Notes under the pieces: model-generated
Seen by the model: only the letters and a program-made list of their open reading frames with translations
Databases searched by the model: none
Told to the model about the DNA's origin: nothing
In this document: positions 41,293 to 51,565 of the stretch, piece by piece
Position numbering within the stretch: the first letter of the stretch is position 1
How the letters are laid out: each line of letters opens with the position of its first letter
Assembly (NCBI GenBank): GCA_963665665.1
Contig: OY762428.1
Coordinates: 2,592,001 to 2,656,000, forward strand
Source of the DNA: Candidatus Kapaibacterium sp.
Lineage (GTDB): Bacteria > Bacteroidota > Ignavibacteria > Kapaibacteriales > UBA2268
Reading direction: 5' to 3'
Length of the DNA: 64,000 bases
Position numbers and translations under genes: made by a program

Positions 41293-41480
41293 CTTGATAC
41301 TCTCCTCATCAATAAATTTATCATAATTTTCTTCAAGTCCGATAAGACCAGATATTCAATACATGCCAGTGCATTACTCGCCGGAATTCCAATTATTCCC
41401 TCTTGCCCCCGACAGGTCGGGGCAGGGCGGGTGGCGAGCGCAGCGATGCGGGGTGGATATACCCTGTTATTGAAGATTTC

Positions 41481-41654
41481 TCAAATTTCACCGGTTACTT
41501 TCAATATTACAACTGTAATTCCCATAATTACAATCCAAATAAAGAGTCCAAGAAAAAATTCACTTATTGAATCTTCACGATGGTCATAAACTCCTCCTTC
41601 AAAACCGGAGAATATCCACTTAAAAAATGCTGCAATTGTATTGATACTATCCAT
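41481..41654 (-). CDS. Small membrane protein (possible immunity protein)
   Basis: MDSINTIAAFFKWIF... with a C-terminal TM; ATG 41654 overlaps the stop of the upstream remnant. Confidence 0.5.
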   Translation of the reverse strand: MDSINTIAAFFKWIFSGFEGGVYDHREDSISEFFLGLFIWIVIMGITVVILKVTGEI

Positions 41655-42097
41655 CACTATTATCCTCTGATTTGTTCTCATTCTTTTTGTTATCTTTAAC
41701 CTTATTTGAAGTTTCTTGAAGAATATCAGCAGCGTCTTCACTACGACTTTTTGTGTTTGAAATCTTTAAAATTTTTTTCATTTTCTTGAAACTTATTCCA
41801 AACATCATTAATGTTCGACTTGGCAGGTTTAGTTTTAGTAAGTTTACAATAATTCAAGAAACATTGAAGAATAGTTTTTCCTTTTACAGCAACAACTTTT
41901 AATCCATTTTTCATAATATCTCCAACTGGAACACTCGTAGCAAAAGCAGCAACTCTTTCGTTTCCATTCACACTGTTTCCCCCACCATCGTAACCAGAAA
42001 CTGCTTTATATGGATCATCAATTACAGAATACAATACTGAAGCAACAAACTTAGAAACTGCTTCAGGAGCATCTTCTGAATCAGATTTTAACTTTCC
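41647..42097 (-). pseudogene. Polymorphic-toxin C-terminal remnant (pre-toxin TG-like motif)
   Basis: DPYKAVSGYDGGGNSVNGNERVAA resembles pre-toxin TG; no proper start; possible frameshift in the A run near 41775. Confidence 0.45.
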
Positions 42098-42108
42098 TTA
42101 TTTTCAAT

Positions 42109-42142
42109 ATCACTATCCCGGGTATAAGCCCGGGATAGTGAT
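42109..42142. terminator. Perfect 14-bp hairpin after the slipin gene
   Basis: ATCACTATCCCGGG-N6-CCCGGGATAGTGAT. Confidence 0.65.
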
Positions 42143-42179
42143 TTGCAATAGTATATATTTTGGATGAACGATAATAGTC

Positions 42180-42962
42180 CTATTCTTTTATGGCCTTGTC
42201 GTCATTCTTTGTGATGTTTTGAATAAAGGGTGTTAGCAGGTCAATCGGTACCGGGAAGATTGTCGTCGAGTTTTTCTCGGTAGCGATATCTGATAATGTC
42301 TGAAGGAAACGAAGCTGCAACGCTACCGGGTGCTTCTCGATAGTTTCGGCGGCGGAAGTAAGTTTTTGGGCTGCCTGGAATTCACCGTCGGCGTTGATCA
42401 CTTTGGAACGCCTTTCTCTTTCGGCCTCTGCCTGGCGTGCCATTGCTCGCTGCATTTCCAGCGGCAGGTCTATCTGTTTCACTTCCACGCTGGATACTTT
42501 TATTCCCCAGGGCTCGGTATGCTCGTCGATAATTTCCTGGAGTTTCATGTTGATTTTTTCTCTTTCCGAAAGCAGTTCGTCCAGGTCGCTTTGGCCGAGA
42601 ATCGACCTTAAAGTTGTCTGGGCAATCTGGTTGGTGGCGTAAAGATAGTTCTCAACTTCAACAATTGCTTTATCCGGGTACATTACGCGGAAATACAGTA
42701 CTGCGTTAACCTTTACCGATACGTTATCTTTTGTGATAATATCCTGCGGTTCCACATCCATGGCAATTGTTCTCAGGCTGACCTTCACCATGCGGTCGAT
42801 AAAAGGAACTAGGATTATCAGGCCGGGGCCTTTAACTCCAATCAGCCTTCCGAGGCGAAAGATAACGCCTCTTTCATACTCCCTGAGTATTTTCAGCATT
42901 GAGGCAAGTAAAATTATAACGAAAGCAACAAAAACTAATAAGCCCGGCATAGTACCTCCCAT
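42180..42962 (-). CDS. SPFH/stomatin-like (slipin) protein
   Basis: [36 protein letters not shown]. Confidence 0.95.
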   Translation of the reverse strand: MGGTMPGLLVFVAFVIILLASMLKILREYERGVIFRLGRLIGVKGPGLIILVPFIDRMVKVSLRTIAMDVEPQDIITKDNVSVKVNAVLYFRVMYPDKAIVEVENYLYATNQIAQTTLRSILGQSDLDELLSEREKINMKLQEIIDEHTEPWGIKVSSVEVKQIDLPLEMQRAMARQAEAERERRSKVINADGEFQAAQKLTSAAETIEKHPVALQLRFLQTLSDIATEKNSTTIFPVPIDLLTPFIQNITKNDDKAIKE

Positions 42963-43136
42963 GGATTGATGTATTAATTACATAAGATAATTAAAAATCC
43001 GATTTCCTGCAATGAGAAATCCCATGCAGGTTTAAAATTTTAATGATAATAATTATGAACAGATGTAATAACCATTAACAGGGGGATTTGTGAGTAGTAC
43101 TGCTAAAAAATTCTATTTGTTGTAAATTAATTCCCT

Positions 43137-43171
43137 AAAAAAATACCCGTCCTGGCTAAAGACGGGTATTT
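43137..43171 (-). terminator. Terminator of rsmB
   Basis: AAATACCCGTC...GACGGGTATTT with a T tail on the minus strand. Confidence 0.75.
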
Positions 43172-43192
43172 GAAATTATTCAATTATTAATT

Positions 43193-44575
43193 TTAGCTAT
43201 CAGATTTTTTTACCACCCTGGCTGCAAAAGCGCCGTCGCAATTATTTCTGTGTGGGAATGTCTGCATAAATCCATCAGTACATACTTCGCTGTGAAGATA
43301 ATTTTCAGCCGGGTCGATTTCGAAATCCGGGTGGTTTTCTATGAACCAGTGTATATTATCCTGGTTCTCTTCCGGCTCGATAGTACATGTTGAATATAGA
43401 AAAGTGCCGCCCGGTTTTACAAGTTTAGCAGCATTTTCCATTATTTCCCTCTGAAGTTTTTGCAGGGTTATCAGGTCTTCCGGTTCTCTTTTCCATTTGA
43501 TATCCGGTTTTTTGGAAAGTGTACCAAGCCCTGAGCATGGTACGTCGGCAAAAACTATGTCGAACTGTTTTCCCGGTTCGTATTCAGTAGCATCGGCAGC
43601 TTCTGTAGTAATGCCTTCAAGGCCCAGCCTGTCCGCGCCGTCCTTGATAAGGTTTAGCTTGGAAGGATATTTTTCAAGTGCTGTTATCGATCCCTTATTA
43701 TTCATAAGTTCTGCCATATAAAAAGTTTTTCCACCGGGAGCCGAACACAGATCTAAAATTTCATTGCCTTCAACCGGGTGTGCAAGTTTGGCTGCAAGCG
43801 AAGCGCTCGTGTCCTGAACGGTTGCCATGCCGTCCCTGAATATATCGGTATCAAAGAATAGTGCACGGGAAGTTCTCAGCCTGAGAGAAGAATCCAGATA
43901 TGGTGTCCTGTAGAATTTAATGTCCAGGTCTCTTAATTTATTAATAACATTTTCGGTTGAAGCATTTAAAGTATTTATCCTTAGTGGAATATTTGGCCTG
44001 TGGTTGTTCCATGTAAGTAATTTTTCTGTTTCTTCCCGGCCGAATCTTGCCAGCCACCTTTTAATGATCCATTTGGGATGAGAATAAATTACGGAAAGGA
44101 AATAGATAGGGTCATTATTTTCATCCGGATAGCGAACATTTTCAAGGTTACGAACAATATTTCTGAGTACTCCGTTAACTATACCGGCAGTTCTTTCACC
44201 CTGTATCCTTTTAACGATTTCAACTGATTCGTTAATAGCGCTGGGTATTGGTATTCTGCTCAGGAAAGTGATCTGGTACAGAGCCACGCGCATTGAGTTT
44301 TTTACAAGATTCAGGCATTTTTGATAGTCACCCCTGTAGAAACCTGTAAGAACCCAGTCCAGTTTGGCTTTCCAGCGGATAACACCTGCAACTATTTCGT
44401 GCAGCAGGGCTTTGTCCATAGGATTAAGGTTGGTGTTTTTTTGTTCGTGTGCAAGCAGTTTGTCCAGATACGAATCAGATCTTTCAAAGCGGCTGAGCAG
44501 CCTTACAGCCACATATCTTGCGCCTTTAAGTTCTGTAATGTTTCCGGTTGGGTTGGGATCGGGTAATTGTTCCAT
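43193..44575 (-). CDS. rsmB: 16S rRNA m5C967 methyltransferase RsmB/Sun
   Basis: NusB-like N-domain; LDLCSAPGGKT, DVPCSGLG, YSTCT. Confidence 0.93.
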   Translation of the reverse strand: MEQLPDPNPTGNITELKGARYVAVRLLSRFERSDSYLDKLLAHEQKNTNLNPMDKALLHEIVAGVIRWKAKLDWVLTGFYRGDYQKCLNLVKNSMRVALYQITFLSRIPIPSAINESVEIVKRIQGERTAGIVNGVLRNIVRNLENVRYPDENNDPIYFLSVIYSHPKWIIKRWLARFGREETEKLLTWNNHRPNIPLRINTLNASTENVINKLRDLDIKFYRTPYLDSSLRLRTSRALFFDTDIFRDGMATVQDTSASLAAKLAHPVEGNEILDLCSAPGGKTFYMAELMNNKGSITALEKYPSKLNLIKDGADRLGLEGITTEAADATEYEPGKQFDIVFADVPCSGLGTLSKKPDIKWKREPEDLITLQKLQREIMENAAKLVKPGGTFLYSTCTIEPEENQDNIHWFIENHPDFEIDPAENYLHSEVCTDGFMQTFPHRNNCDGAFAARVVKKSDS

Positions 44576-44918
44576 TCAAATAAGATTCCAATAATAGTTT
44601 TAATAATATTTGATAACATCAGAAGGCTTGAAAAAAAATTCTTCTGATCTTTTTGCGAAAATTGCACATTTCTTTCGGAAAAACAGAAAAAAATAAAGTT
44701 AATGAATTTTTCGCAAATCATTCTAAGCACATAAACGTTAATCAGGAAATAAGATTGTTTTTCTATATTTTTATTGTAATTATAAATGCATTCTATTCTA
44801 AAAAGTTATTGGGAATTAGCAACAATTGGATTAAACAAAAGTAAAATTAATGTGTAATCTTTTTAACACATAATTGTTATCTATAAAAGAGATGTTCATA
44901 ATGAAGTCCGGATTGAAT

Positions 44919-45752
44919 ATGAAAATTAAAACTATGATCTTGTTATCAGTTTTCGCACTGATGTTCTTTGGCAATTTATCAATGGCACAGAAGAAGAAAT
45001 TAGACACACCGCTGAAACCCGAGGATTACGGGGCACAATTCGACCTTGGTATTGTCATCGGGCAGGGCAGCAATTTCCAGAGTGGCAAATTTTTTGTTGA
45101 TTGCCCTGATTGCGTTTTTGAAACAGGCCAGAAATATGGGTTTTCGCTTGGTGGCGTGGCGTTAATCGATTTGAGCAAAACTTTTCGGTTTGGTATAATG
45201 GGGCTTTACGAAAGCCTTGGAATTAATGATTCTTTCAGGGAAACAGAGCTTGTAAATGTTGCTCTTGACGATGAAAGAATCGAGAAACTCAATGTAAATT
45301 TCCGTCACGAGGCAAAAGTAGATCTGTCGGCATTTACAATTACTCCATTCGTAAGCTGGAATCCGTTACCATTCTTTTTTGTCCGAACCGGATTAAGCGG
45401 GAGTTTTTTGATTAATTCTAATTTATACCACAAGAAAACCCTGACCGACAGGTTTGTCTCGATTGGCGATATCGACAGTGTACGTATTGAACTTGAAACA
45501 GGAGGATACGAAAAAGTAGTAGAAGACGGAGATATTCAGAAATTGAATCCGTTTCAGCTTTATCTTGTTCCCATGGCAGGGTTTACGCTTCCTTTCGGGC
45601 AGCGCATTTATTTCAGCCCTTATTTTTCTTATTCAATTCCTTTAACTGACATATCAGATAACGGTGATGCTTTCAAAATCAACCATTTCCGTTTTGTATT
45701 AGAGCTAAAAATGGTTTTCAATCCCTACCGATTTGGTGTAGATAAAAAATAA
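44919..45752 (+). CDS. Outer-membrane beta-barrel-like protein
   Basis: Signal peptide and amphipathic beta strands; start uncertain (frame open from 44874). Confidence 0.65.
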   Translation: MKIKTMILLSVFALMFFGNLSMAQKKKLDTPLKPEDYGAQFDLGIVIGQGSNFQSGKFFVDCPDCVFETGQKYGFSLGGVALIDLSKTFRFGIMGLYESLGINDSFRETELVNVALDDERIEKLNVNFRHEAKVDLSAFTITPFVSWNPLPFFFVRTGLSGSFLINSNLYHKKTLTDRFVSIGDIDSVRIELETGGYEKVVEDGDIQKLNPFQLYLVPMAGFTLPFGQRIYFSPYFSYSIPLTDISDNGDAFKINHFRFVLELKMVFNPYRFGVDKK

Positions 45753-46121
45753 ATAATTTTTTTGTCATCAAAATTCATCATTTTTTTTTGGCAATTACAA
45801 TATATTGAAGTAAATTATCAATTCGGAAATCGTCGATTAGCGGCATGTGTGAAAAAAATTCCACAGTTCCGAATTGATTTTATTTTTTAATTCAAGCCTT
45901 TTTCTTATCTTAAGAATCAGGGCTTGTGTTTATTGAAAAGGAAATATCGGGGTTTTCAGTTATTCAATGATTGTTTTGAACTATTTTCAATTTAATATTA
46001 AATAATTTCCGGGCTATTCATACCCGGTTGAATTGCCTTATGTGCATATTAGATATTATCCCGAACGGACATTACATAATTGTTTTAAATTTAAGATTAT
46101 CAATATTTTGGGTAGGAGCTT

Positions 46122-48845
46122 ATGCAACGTGAAATTACAAAAAAACTAGGCCTTATTGTCCTGGCCTGGATGTTTGTGTTTTCAGCAGTAGTAGCGCAGG
46201 ACAGCCAGGTGCTTGGCACTTTTGATCTTGCCGCAGACGCTGCAGTTACAGATGGATCTGACTTGTTCTTATACGGGTTAATGATCCAGGACGAAACAGA
46301 TACGGATGATGCTGATGAAGGCGGCAACATCCTGGTGAAAAAAGGAAAAATTGTTATCATCAACCTAGGGCCGGTAGTTAATCACGAAGGAGTTGACTAT
46401 GCCCCGACAGTTTCAGCCGATGGTAAAACACTTTACTACGTGTCCAACAGGCCCGGAAGTAAACTTTCCGCTGATGATGATTTAACACATGATTTCTGGA
46501 AAACCACTAAGAAACATCGCCTTGATACTGTTTTCTTTGCCCCGATGAACATCGATACAACAACAGACCTTGGCGACCTTGGTGTTAATACACCTTATAA
46601 TGAAGGTGCAGCATCTATCGCTGCCGACAAGCAGTCTCTTTACTTTACCGCCTGTAATAAATCAGACGGTATCGGTAATTGTGACCTCTATAAATCCACG
46701 ATCCAGGGTGATCGTTGGAGCCGTCCTGTTAACCTTGGCAGAAATGTAAACTCTGCTAACTGGGACTCCCAGCCTTCAATTTCTCCTGATCAGAGCAGGA
46801 TCTATTTTGTATCCACAAGAGAAGGGCCGAACTCTGACGGCGAACTGATTTTTGAAAACTTTGATATCTGGTATGCCGACTGGGACTTCGAGATGGAAGA
46901 ATGGCAAAAAGCCAAGAACCTTGAGCAGCTGAATACTAAAGGTTCAGAAGCTTCCCCGTTTATTGCTGCCGATGGTGTAACACTATTCTTTGCATCAAAT
47001 GGGCACACACCGAATATTGGCGGACTTGACTTTTACGTTACCAGGCTCGATCCTGATACTGACAAATGGTCAGCCCCTGAGAACCTGGGCGAGCCGATCA
47101 ATACTGAAATGGACGAGCAGTTTATTTCTCTTCCGGCTTCCGGCGACATTATTTATTTCTCATCAACTCGCGAAGACCTTGCAGGTTTCCAGGGCAACCT
47201 TGACGTGTTTATGGCATTCGTTCCTACATTCTTCCGCACAGTTCTTGTAAAAGGTACTGTAACTGACGAATGTTCAGATGAATTTATTCCTGCAAAAATC
47301 ACTGTTAACAATCCTGTTACAGGTAAAGTTTTCAACGACAGCCTTACAATGACTCACCAGGAATTTGAACTTATCGTATCCAATCAGGATTTTGGCAACC
47401 CGAAAGACTCTATCAAATCTATAGACCTTCAGGTTACAGCAGAAAATGAAAAATACGGTAAAAAATCAAAAGTTGTCCGCGTTGAAAAACCTAAAAAGGT
47501 TGAAGACAAATCACAGGCCGGTTCGGTTTCCGAAGAGATTTTCGTGAAGATAACTCTTGGCCAGAAACCTGTTCTCGGTGCTGAAATGGACGAAGCCGAT
47601 TATATCAAACGTGCTAAAGAATACAATACCAGCCTGGACGGATATCGCGGACTCGTGATGGAACAGGTTCAGACCTGGGATCTTTATCCGCTTCTTAACT
47701 ATGTTTTCTTTGATCTTGGTTCATCAACACTGCCGGACAGGTATATTCTGTTTGACAGCCCGGACCAGACAGCATATTTCACCGACACAACTATTGCCGG
47801 TGGAACACTGGATAAATATTATCACGTACTGAATATCTTTGCATACAGGATGACAAAGAATCCTGACTCTAAAATAGAAATAGTTGGTACAAACGACGGT
47901 ACAACACCTGAGGAAAAAGTTGCAGGCCTTTCTAAAGCAAGAGCAGAGCTTGTTTATAATTACTTCAGGGATATCTGGAAAATTGACGAGAGCAGGCTGA
48001 AACTTACTGTTCGCGGCAAGCCAAAACACCCGTCAAACCTTAAAGATTCGCTCGGTATCAGGGAAAACCGCAGGGTTGAGATCCTGTGCAAAGACTGGGA
48101 AATTATGAAACCGGTATTTGACAGGGATCCTAAAACATTCCCTCAGCCGGAGCAGATGACTTATACTATGAAGAATGGCATTGAAGATGCTATCGTTGAC
48201 AAACGCCGTATCGAAATCAAACGCGGCGATGCAATGTGGAAAGTGCTTACTGACGTTGGTATAACAGACAAAACAAAAATCTGGGACTGGACTAACGACA
48301 GGGGCAAATATCCTAAAGATGAAGTTGCTTACACAGCACAGTTGATTGTAACTACAAAATCCGGCGCTGAATGTGCCTCCGATCCGATTACAATTCCGGT
48401 TATGCAGGTTTCTACAGAGAAGAAGAAAGTTGAAGCTACAGCTGACAGTACACAGGAACGCTACAACCTGATCCTCTTCCCGTTTGACAGCCCGAATGCA
48501 GGCCCGCTGAACGAGAGAATTATGAGGGATTATGTTTACGACCGTATTCTTCCTTCTTCAGTTGTTGAAGTTATCGGCCATACAGACGTTGTTGGCTTGT
48601 ACGAACACAACCTGAAACTTTCGAACCGCAGGTCGAACACTGTTGAAAAAGGTATCAAGAAGAAAACCAAAGGTAAATATGCCGTTCTTACAAAACGCGG
48701 CGTTGGTGAAGAAGAACCTCTGTTTGACAACATGCTTCCCGAAGGACGTTTCTACAACCGTACAGTACAGGTTATCATAAAAACTCCTGTTGCTGACTGG
48801 GAAGAAATTGAAAAGAAACAGGAAGCTGGCGTTGAAGTTGATTAA
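46122..48845 (+). CDS. OmpA-family protein with PD40 beta-propeller repeats
   Basis: P.VSADGKTLYY.SNR repeats, NLG..IN; two OmpA-like domains (NRRVE; GHTD...LSNRR...NRTV). Confidence 0.88.
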   Translation: MQREITKKLGLIVLAWMFVFSAVVAQDSQVLGTFDLAADAAVTDGSDLFLYGLMIQDETDTDDADEGGNILVKKGKIVIINLGPVVNHEGVDYAPTVSADGKTLYYVSNRPGSKLSADDDLTHDFWKTTKKHRLDTVFFAPMNIDTTTDLGDLGVNTPYNEGAASIAADKQSLYFTACNKSDGIGNCDLYKSTIQGDRWSRPVNLGRNVNSANWDSQPSISPDQSRIYFVSTREGPNSDGELIFENFDIWYADWDFEMEEWQKAKNLEQLNTKGSEASPFIAADGVTLFFASNGHTPNIGGLDFYVTRLDPDTDKWSAPENLGEPINTEMDEQFISLPASGDIIYFSSTREDLAGFQGNLDVFMAFVPTFFRTVLVKGTVTDECSDEFIPAKITVNNPVTGKVFNDSLTMTHQEFELIVSNQDFGNPKDSIKSIDLQVTAENEKYGKKSKVVRVEKPKKVEDKSQAGSVSEEIFVKITLGQKPVLGAEMDEADYIKRAKEYNTSLDGYRGLVMEQVQTWDLYPLLNYVFFDLGSSTLPDRYILFDSPDQTAYFTDTTIAGGTLDKYYHVLNIFAYRMTKNPDSKIEIVGTNDGTTPEEKVAGLSKARAELVYNYFRDIWKIDESRLKLTVRGKPKHPSNLKDSLGIRENRRVEILCKDWEIMKPVFDRDPKTFPQPEQMTYTMKNGIEDAIVDKRRIEIKRGDAMWKVLTDVGITDKTKIWDWTNDRGKYPKDEVAYTAQLIVTTKSGAECASDPITIPVMQVSTEKKKVEATADSTQERYNLILFPFDSPNAGPLNERIMRDYVYDRILPSSVVEVIGHTDVVGLYEHNLKLSNRRSNTVEKGIKKKTKGKYAVLTKRGVGEEEPLFDNMLPEGRFYNRTVQVIIKTPVADWEEIEKKQEAGVEVD

Positions 48846-48870
48846 TATTGAAATTTAATCTTGAATATAT

Positions 48871-48895
48871 AAAGGCGCCTTTGGGCGCCTTTTTT
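48871..48895 (+). terminator. Rho-independent terminator
   Basis: AAAGGCGCC-TTTG-GGCGCCTTTTTT. Confidence 0.85.
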
Positions 48896-49042
48896 ATTTG
48901 TAAATATATAAATTATATTGCTATATTGGTTTTCAGCAGTATGGGTTGTCTTTATTGTCGTTATTTTAAAATACTACAATTTGTGAAAGCCCGTCAATAT
49001 TATTTTGAATTAACTAAGGGGCACTCCCCGGGAGTGAAAGCC

Positions 49043-50146
49043 ATGAGATATATAAAAATTGTTACGATCATTCTGCTGCTGGCAATTGTTCAGGCAAGTG
49101 CGGAGAATAGAAAAGCTTTGTCGATTCCGCCGTGGACAAAATTTATCGAGTTGGATACGGCTGGTATGGAAATTAAAACTGACAACCTTCTATTCAGCGG
49201 GATGACAAGGCTTTGCGAAATGAATAAGGGCGATCTGCACCTGACTGTAATGATTGAATTTGACAGGTCGAATAGCGGAGATTCTCTGAATGATAGAACT
49301 TTCAATGAGCCGGCCTGGGAAATAAGCGACAATATTGCTGAGGCAGAAGAAGGCGAACAGCTCAAACTTGAGGCAAGATCGAAATTTAATGATGTGAATG
49401 TTAAGTTGAAGTTTTCCTACGGGCAGGCATCAGGTATTCAGAAATCTGATTTGGAAAATTTCATTGAAAATATTCTTATTAAAAGAAAGGCTGATACATC
49501 AATGCAGGAAATTGACAGCCTTTACCATCATTACAACCTTACCGAAGATACACGGGTAGTTGACAAATTGTATAAATGCGATAAGTCGCTATACTCCATG
49601 CTGCTTTGGGCTGCAACTTTAAGGAGCAGAGACGATCAGATTGCCATGACAAGCAGATTTATAGATGAAAATCCCCGAACCGGAGTTGAATACGGTTATT
49701 TCCAGAGGGGATTTCTGAATACCCTGGCAGAAAAACATGATGAAGGAATAGCGGACCTTACAAGGGCGCTGGCCGATATTCAGGATAATTTTATCGGCCA
49801 CTATTTCAGGGCCTACTGCTACATGGGTAAGGGCGAAATTGAAAAAGCGCTTCAGGATCTGGTTATAGCAATTTCCATGAACGATAAATTTGCTCCTGCA
49901 TTTGAACTCAGGGGAAGCGTATGGATGAAAAAGGGCGAAGGTGATAAAGCTATTGTTGACTACTCAATGGCAATTAAACTACAGCCAAGGCCTGACCTTT
50001 ATTTTATACGTGGAAATCTTTTCTATGAAAAGGGCGACTACCAGGCAGCCCTGGCCGATATGGAAGAAGCGGTAAAGCTGAACCCTTCGCTTGAAAAAGA
50101 TTTGCGGGATAAAATTCAAATTATCAAAAAAGAATTAGGGAAATAA
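49043..50146 (+). CDS. Exported TPR-repeat protein
   Basis: Signal peptide from ATG 49043; C-terminal TPR repeats. Confidence 0.8.
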   Translation: MRYIKIVTIILLLAIVQASAENRKALSIPPWTKFIELDTAGMEIKTDNLLFSGMTRLCEMNKGDLHLTVMIEFDRSNSGDSLNDRTFNEPAWEISDNIAEAEEGEQLKLEARSKFNDVNVKLKFSYGQASGIQKSDLENFIENILIKRKADTSMQEIDSLYHHYNLTEDTRVVDKLYKCDKSLYSMLLWAATLRSRDDQIAMTSRFIDENPRTGVEYGYFQRGFLNTLAEKHDEGIADLTRALADIQDNFIGHYFRAYCYMGKGEIEKALQDLVIAISMNDKFAPAFELRGSVWMKKGEGDKAIVDYSMAIKLQPRPDLYFIRGNLFYEKGDYQAALADMEEAVKLNPSLEKDLRDKIQIIKKELGK

Positions 50147-50218
50147 AAGGATTTCGAAAGATACGATAAATTGATTGCCTCTTATGTTTTTTATTGATTA
50201 TTTTAATGAATAATTTAT

Positions 50219-51463
50219 ATGGAAATAAACCAATATTTTGTACTGATCTTAATTACATTTACAGCAGGATATATCCTGGATACTATTTCGGACTATCTTA
50301 ACCTTAAAAATCTGAAACCTGAACTACCGGAAGAATTCTGCGATGTTTATGATAATGAAAAATATGCCAAATCGCAGGAATATACACGTGTAAGGACAAA
50401 ATTCGGTTTCATAAGCTCGGGCTTCAGTTTTCTGTTGATACTTATTTTCTGGCTTGGCGGAGGTTATCCCTTGCTGGATGAATTATTAAGGGGATTGATT
50501 GCCGACAGCCTGTATCGAGGAGTGGCTTTTATTGCATTATTAATGATTGCGCAGTCCGTTATATCTATGCCTTTTAGTATTTATTCCACATTTGTAATCG
50601 AGGAAAAATTTGGTTTCAATAAAACCACTGTTAAAACATTTGTCCTCGATATACTGAAATCCACCGCCTTGGCCATATTGATAGGACTGCCATTGCTCGC
50701 GCTGATACTATGGCTTTTGGAATCTGCCGGAGAGTATGCCTGGCTGTATGGCTGGGGTATTGTAACGCTGTTTTCACTGATAATGCAATATATTGCACCG
50801 GTATGGATAATGCCGCTTTTCAATAAATTCACCCCGCTCGGGGATGGGGAACTGAAAGATTCAATAATGGACTACGCCAAATCCGTAAACTACCCGTTGA
50901 AGAACCTGTTTGTTATGGACGGATCCAAAAGGTCGTCGAAATCAAATGCATTTTTCACCGGTTTTGGTAAGAACAAAAAGATAGCCCTTTTTGATACACT
51001 GATTGAAAATCACAGTGTGAAAGAACTTACTGCTGTACTTGCTCATGAGATAGGGCACTATAAAAAGGGCCATATCCGCAAGGGAATGATAATAGGATTT
51101 CTCCATTCAGGAATTATTTTCTGGCTTCTGTCGGTTTTCCTCGAAGAACCCGGCCTTTTTGCTGCATTCGGGATAGAAACCCCTTCAGTTTATACCGGGA
51201 TGATATTTTTCGGCATGCTTTACTCACCTGTGGAAACTATACTTTCAATAGTTTTGAATGTGTTTTCCAGGAAAAATGAATTCGAGGCGGATGCGTTTGC
51301 GGCTGAAACTTCTGATCCCGGCGCAATGATAACAGCGCTGAAAAAACTATCGGCTGATAATCTGTCCAACCTTACGCCTCATCCGTTCAATGTATTTATC
51401 AATTACTCACATCCTCCTGTTCTGGAAAGGATAATGGAAATAAAAGAAAAATATATCAGGTAA
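50219..51463 (+). CDS. M48 family (Ste24-like) membrane metallopeptidase
   Basis: DGSKRSSKSNAFFTG, LAHEIGH, EFEADAFA, SHPP..ERI. Confidence 0.95.
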   Translation: MEINQYFVLILITFTAGYILDTISDYLNLKNLKPELPEEFCDVYDNEKYAKSQEYTRVRTKFGFISSGFSFLLILIFWLGGGYPLLDELLRGLIADSLYRGVAFIALLMIAQSVISMPFSIYSTFVIEEKFGFNKTTVKTFVLDILKSTALAILIGLPLLALILWLLESAGEYAWLYGWGIVTLFSLIMQYIAPVWIMPLFNKFTPLGDGELKDSIMDYAKSVNYPLKNLFVMDGSKRSSKSNAFFTGFGKNKKIALFDTLIENHSVKELTAVLAHEIGHYKKGHIRKGMIIGFLHSGIIFWLLSVFLEEPGLFAAFGIETPSVYTGMIFFGMLYSPVETILSIVLNVFSRKNEFEADAFAAETSDPGAMITALKKLSADNLSNLTPHPFNVFINYSHPPVLERIMEIKEKYIR

Positions 51464-51565
51464 TTTATTATCCTGAGGCTGTTCATATTTTATAATTATA
51501 AGGCTTGTGCATAATTAACATTTTGATTAATATATGGCCTGGAAATTTAAAAAAATTGAATATTC

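Noticed and set aside
19397-42100. Integron, IS element or prophage explaining the islands
   Set aside because: No integrase, transposase or phage gene, and no convincing attC sites were seen; only REP-like palindromes.
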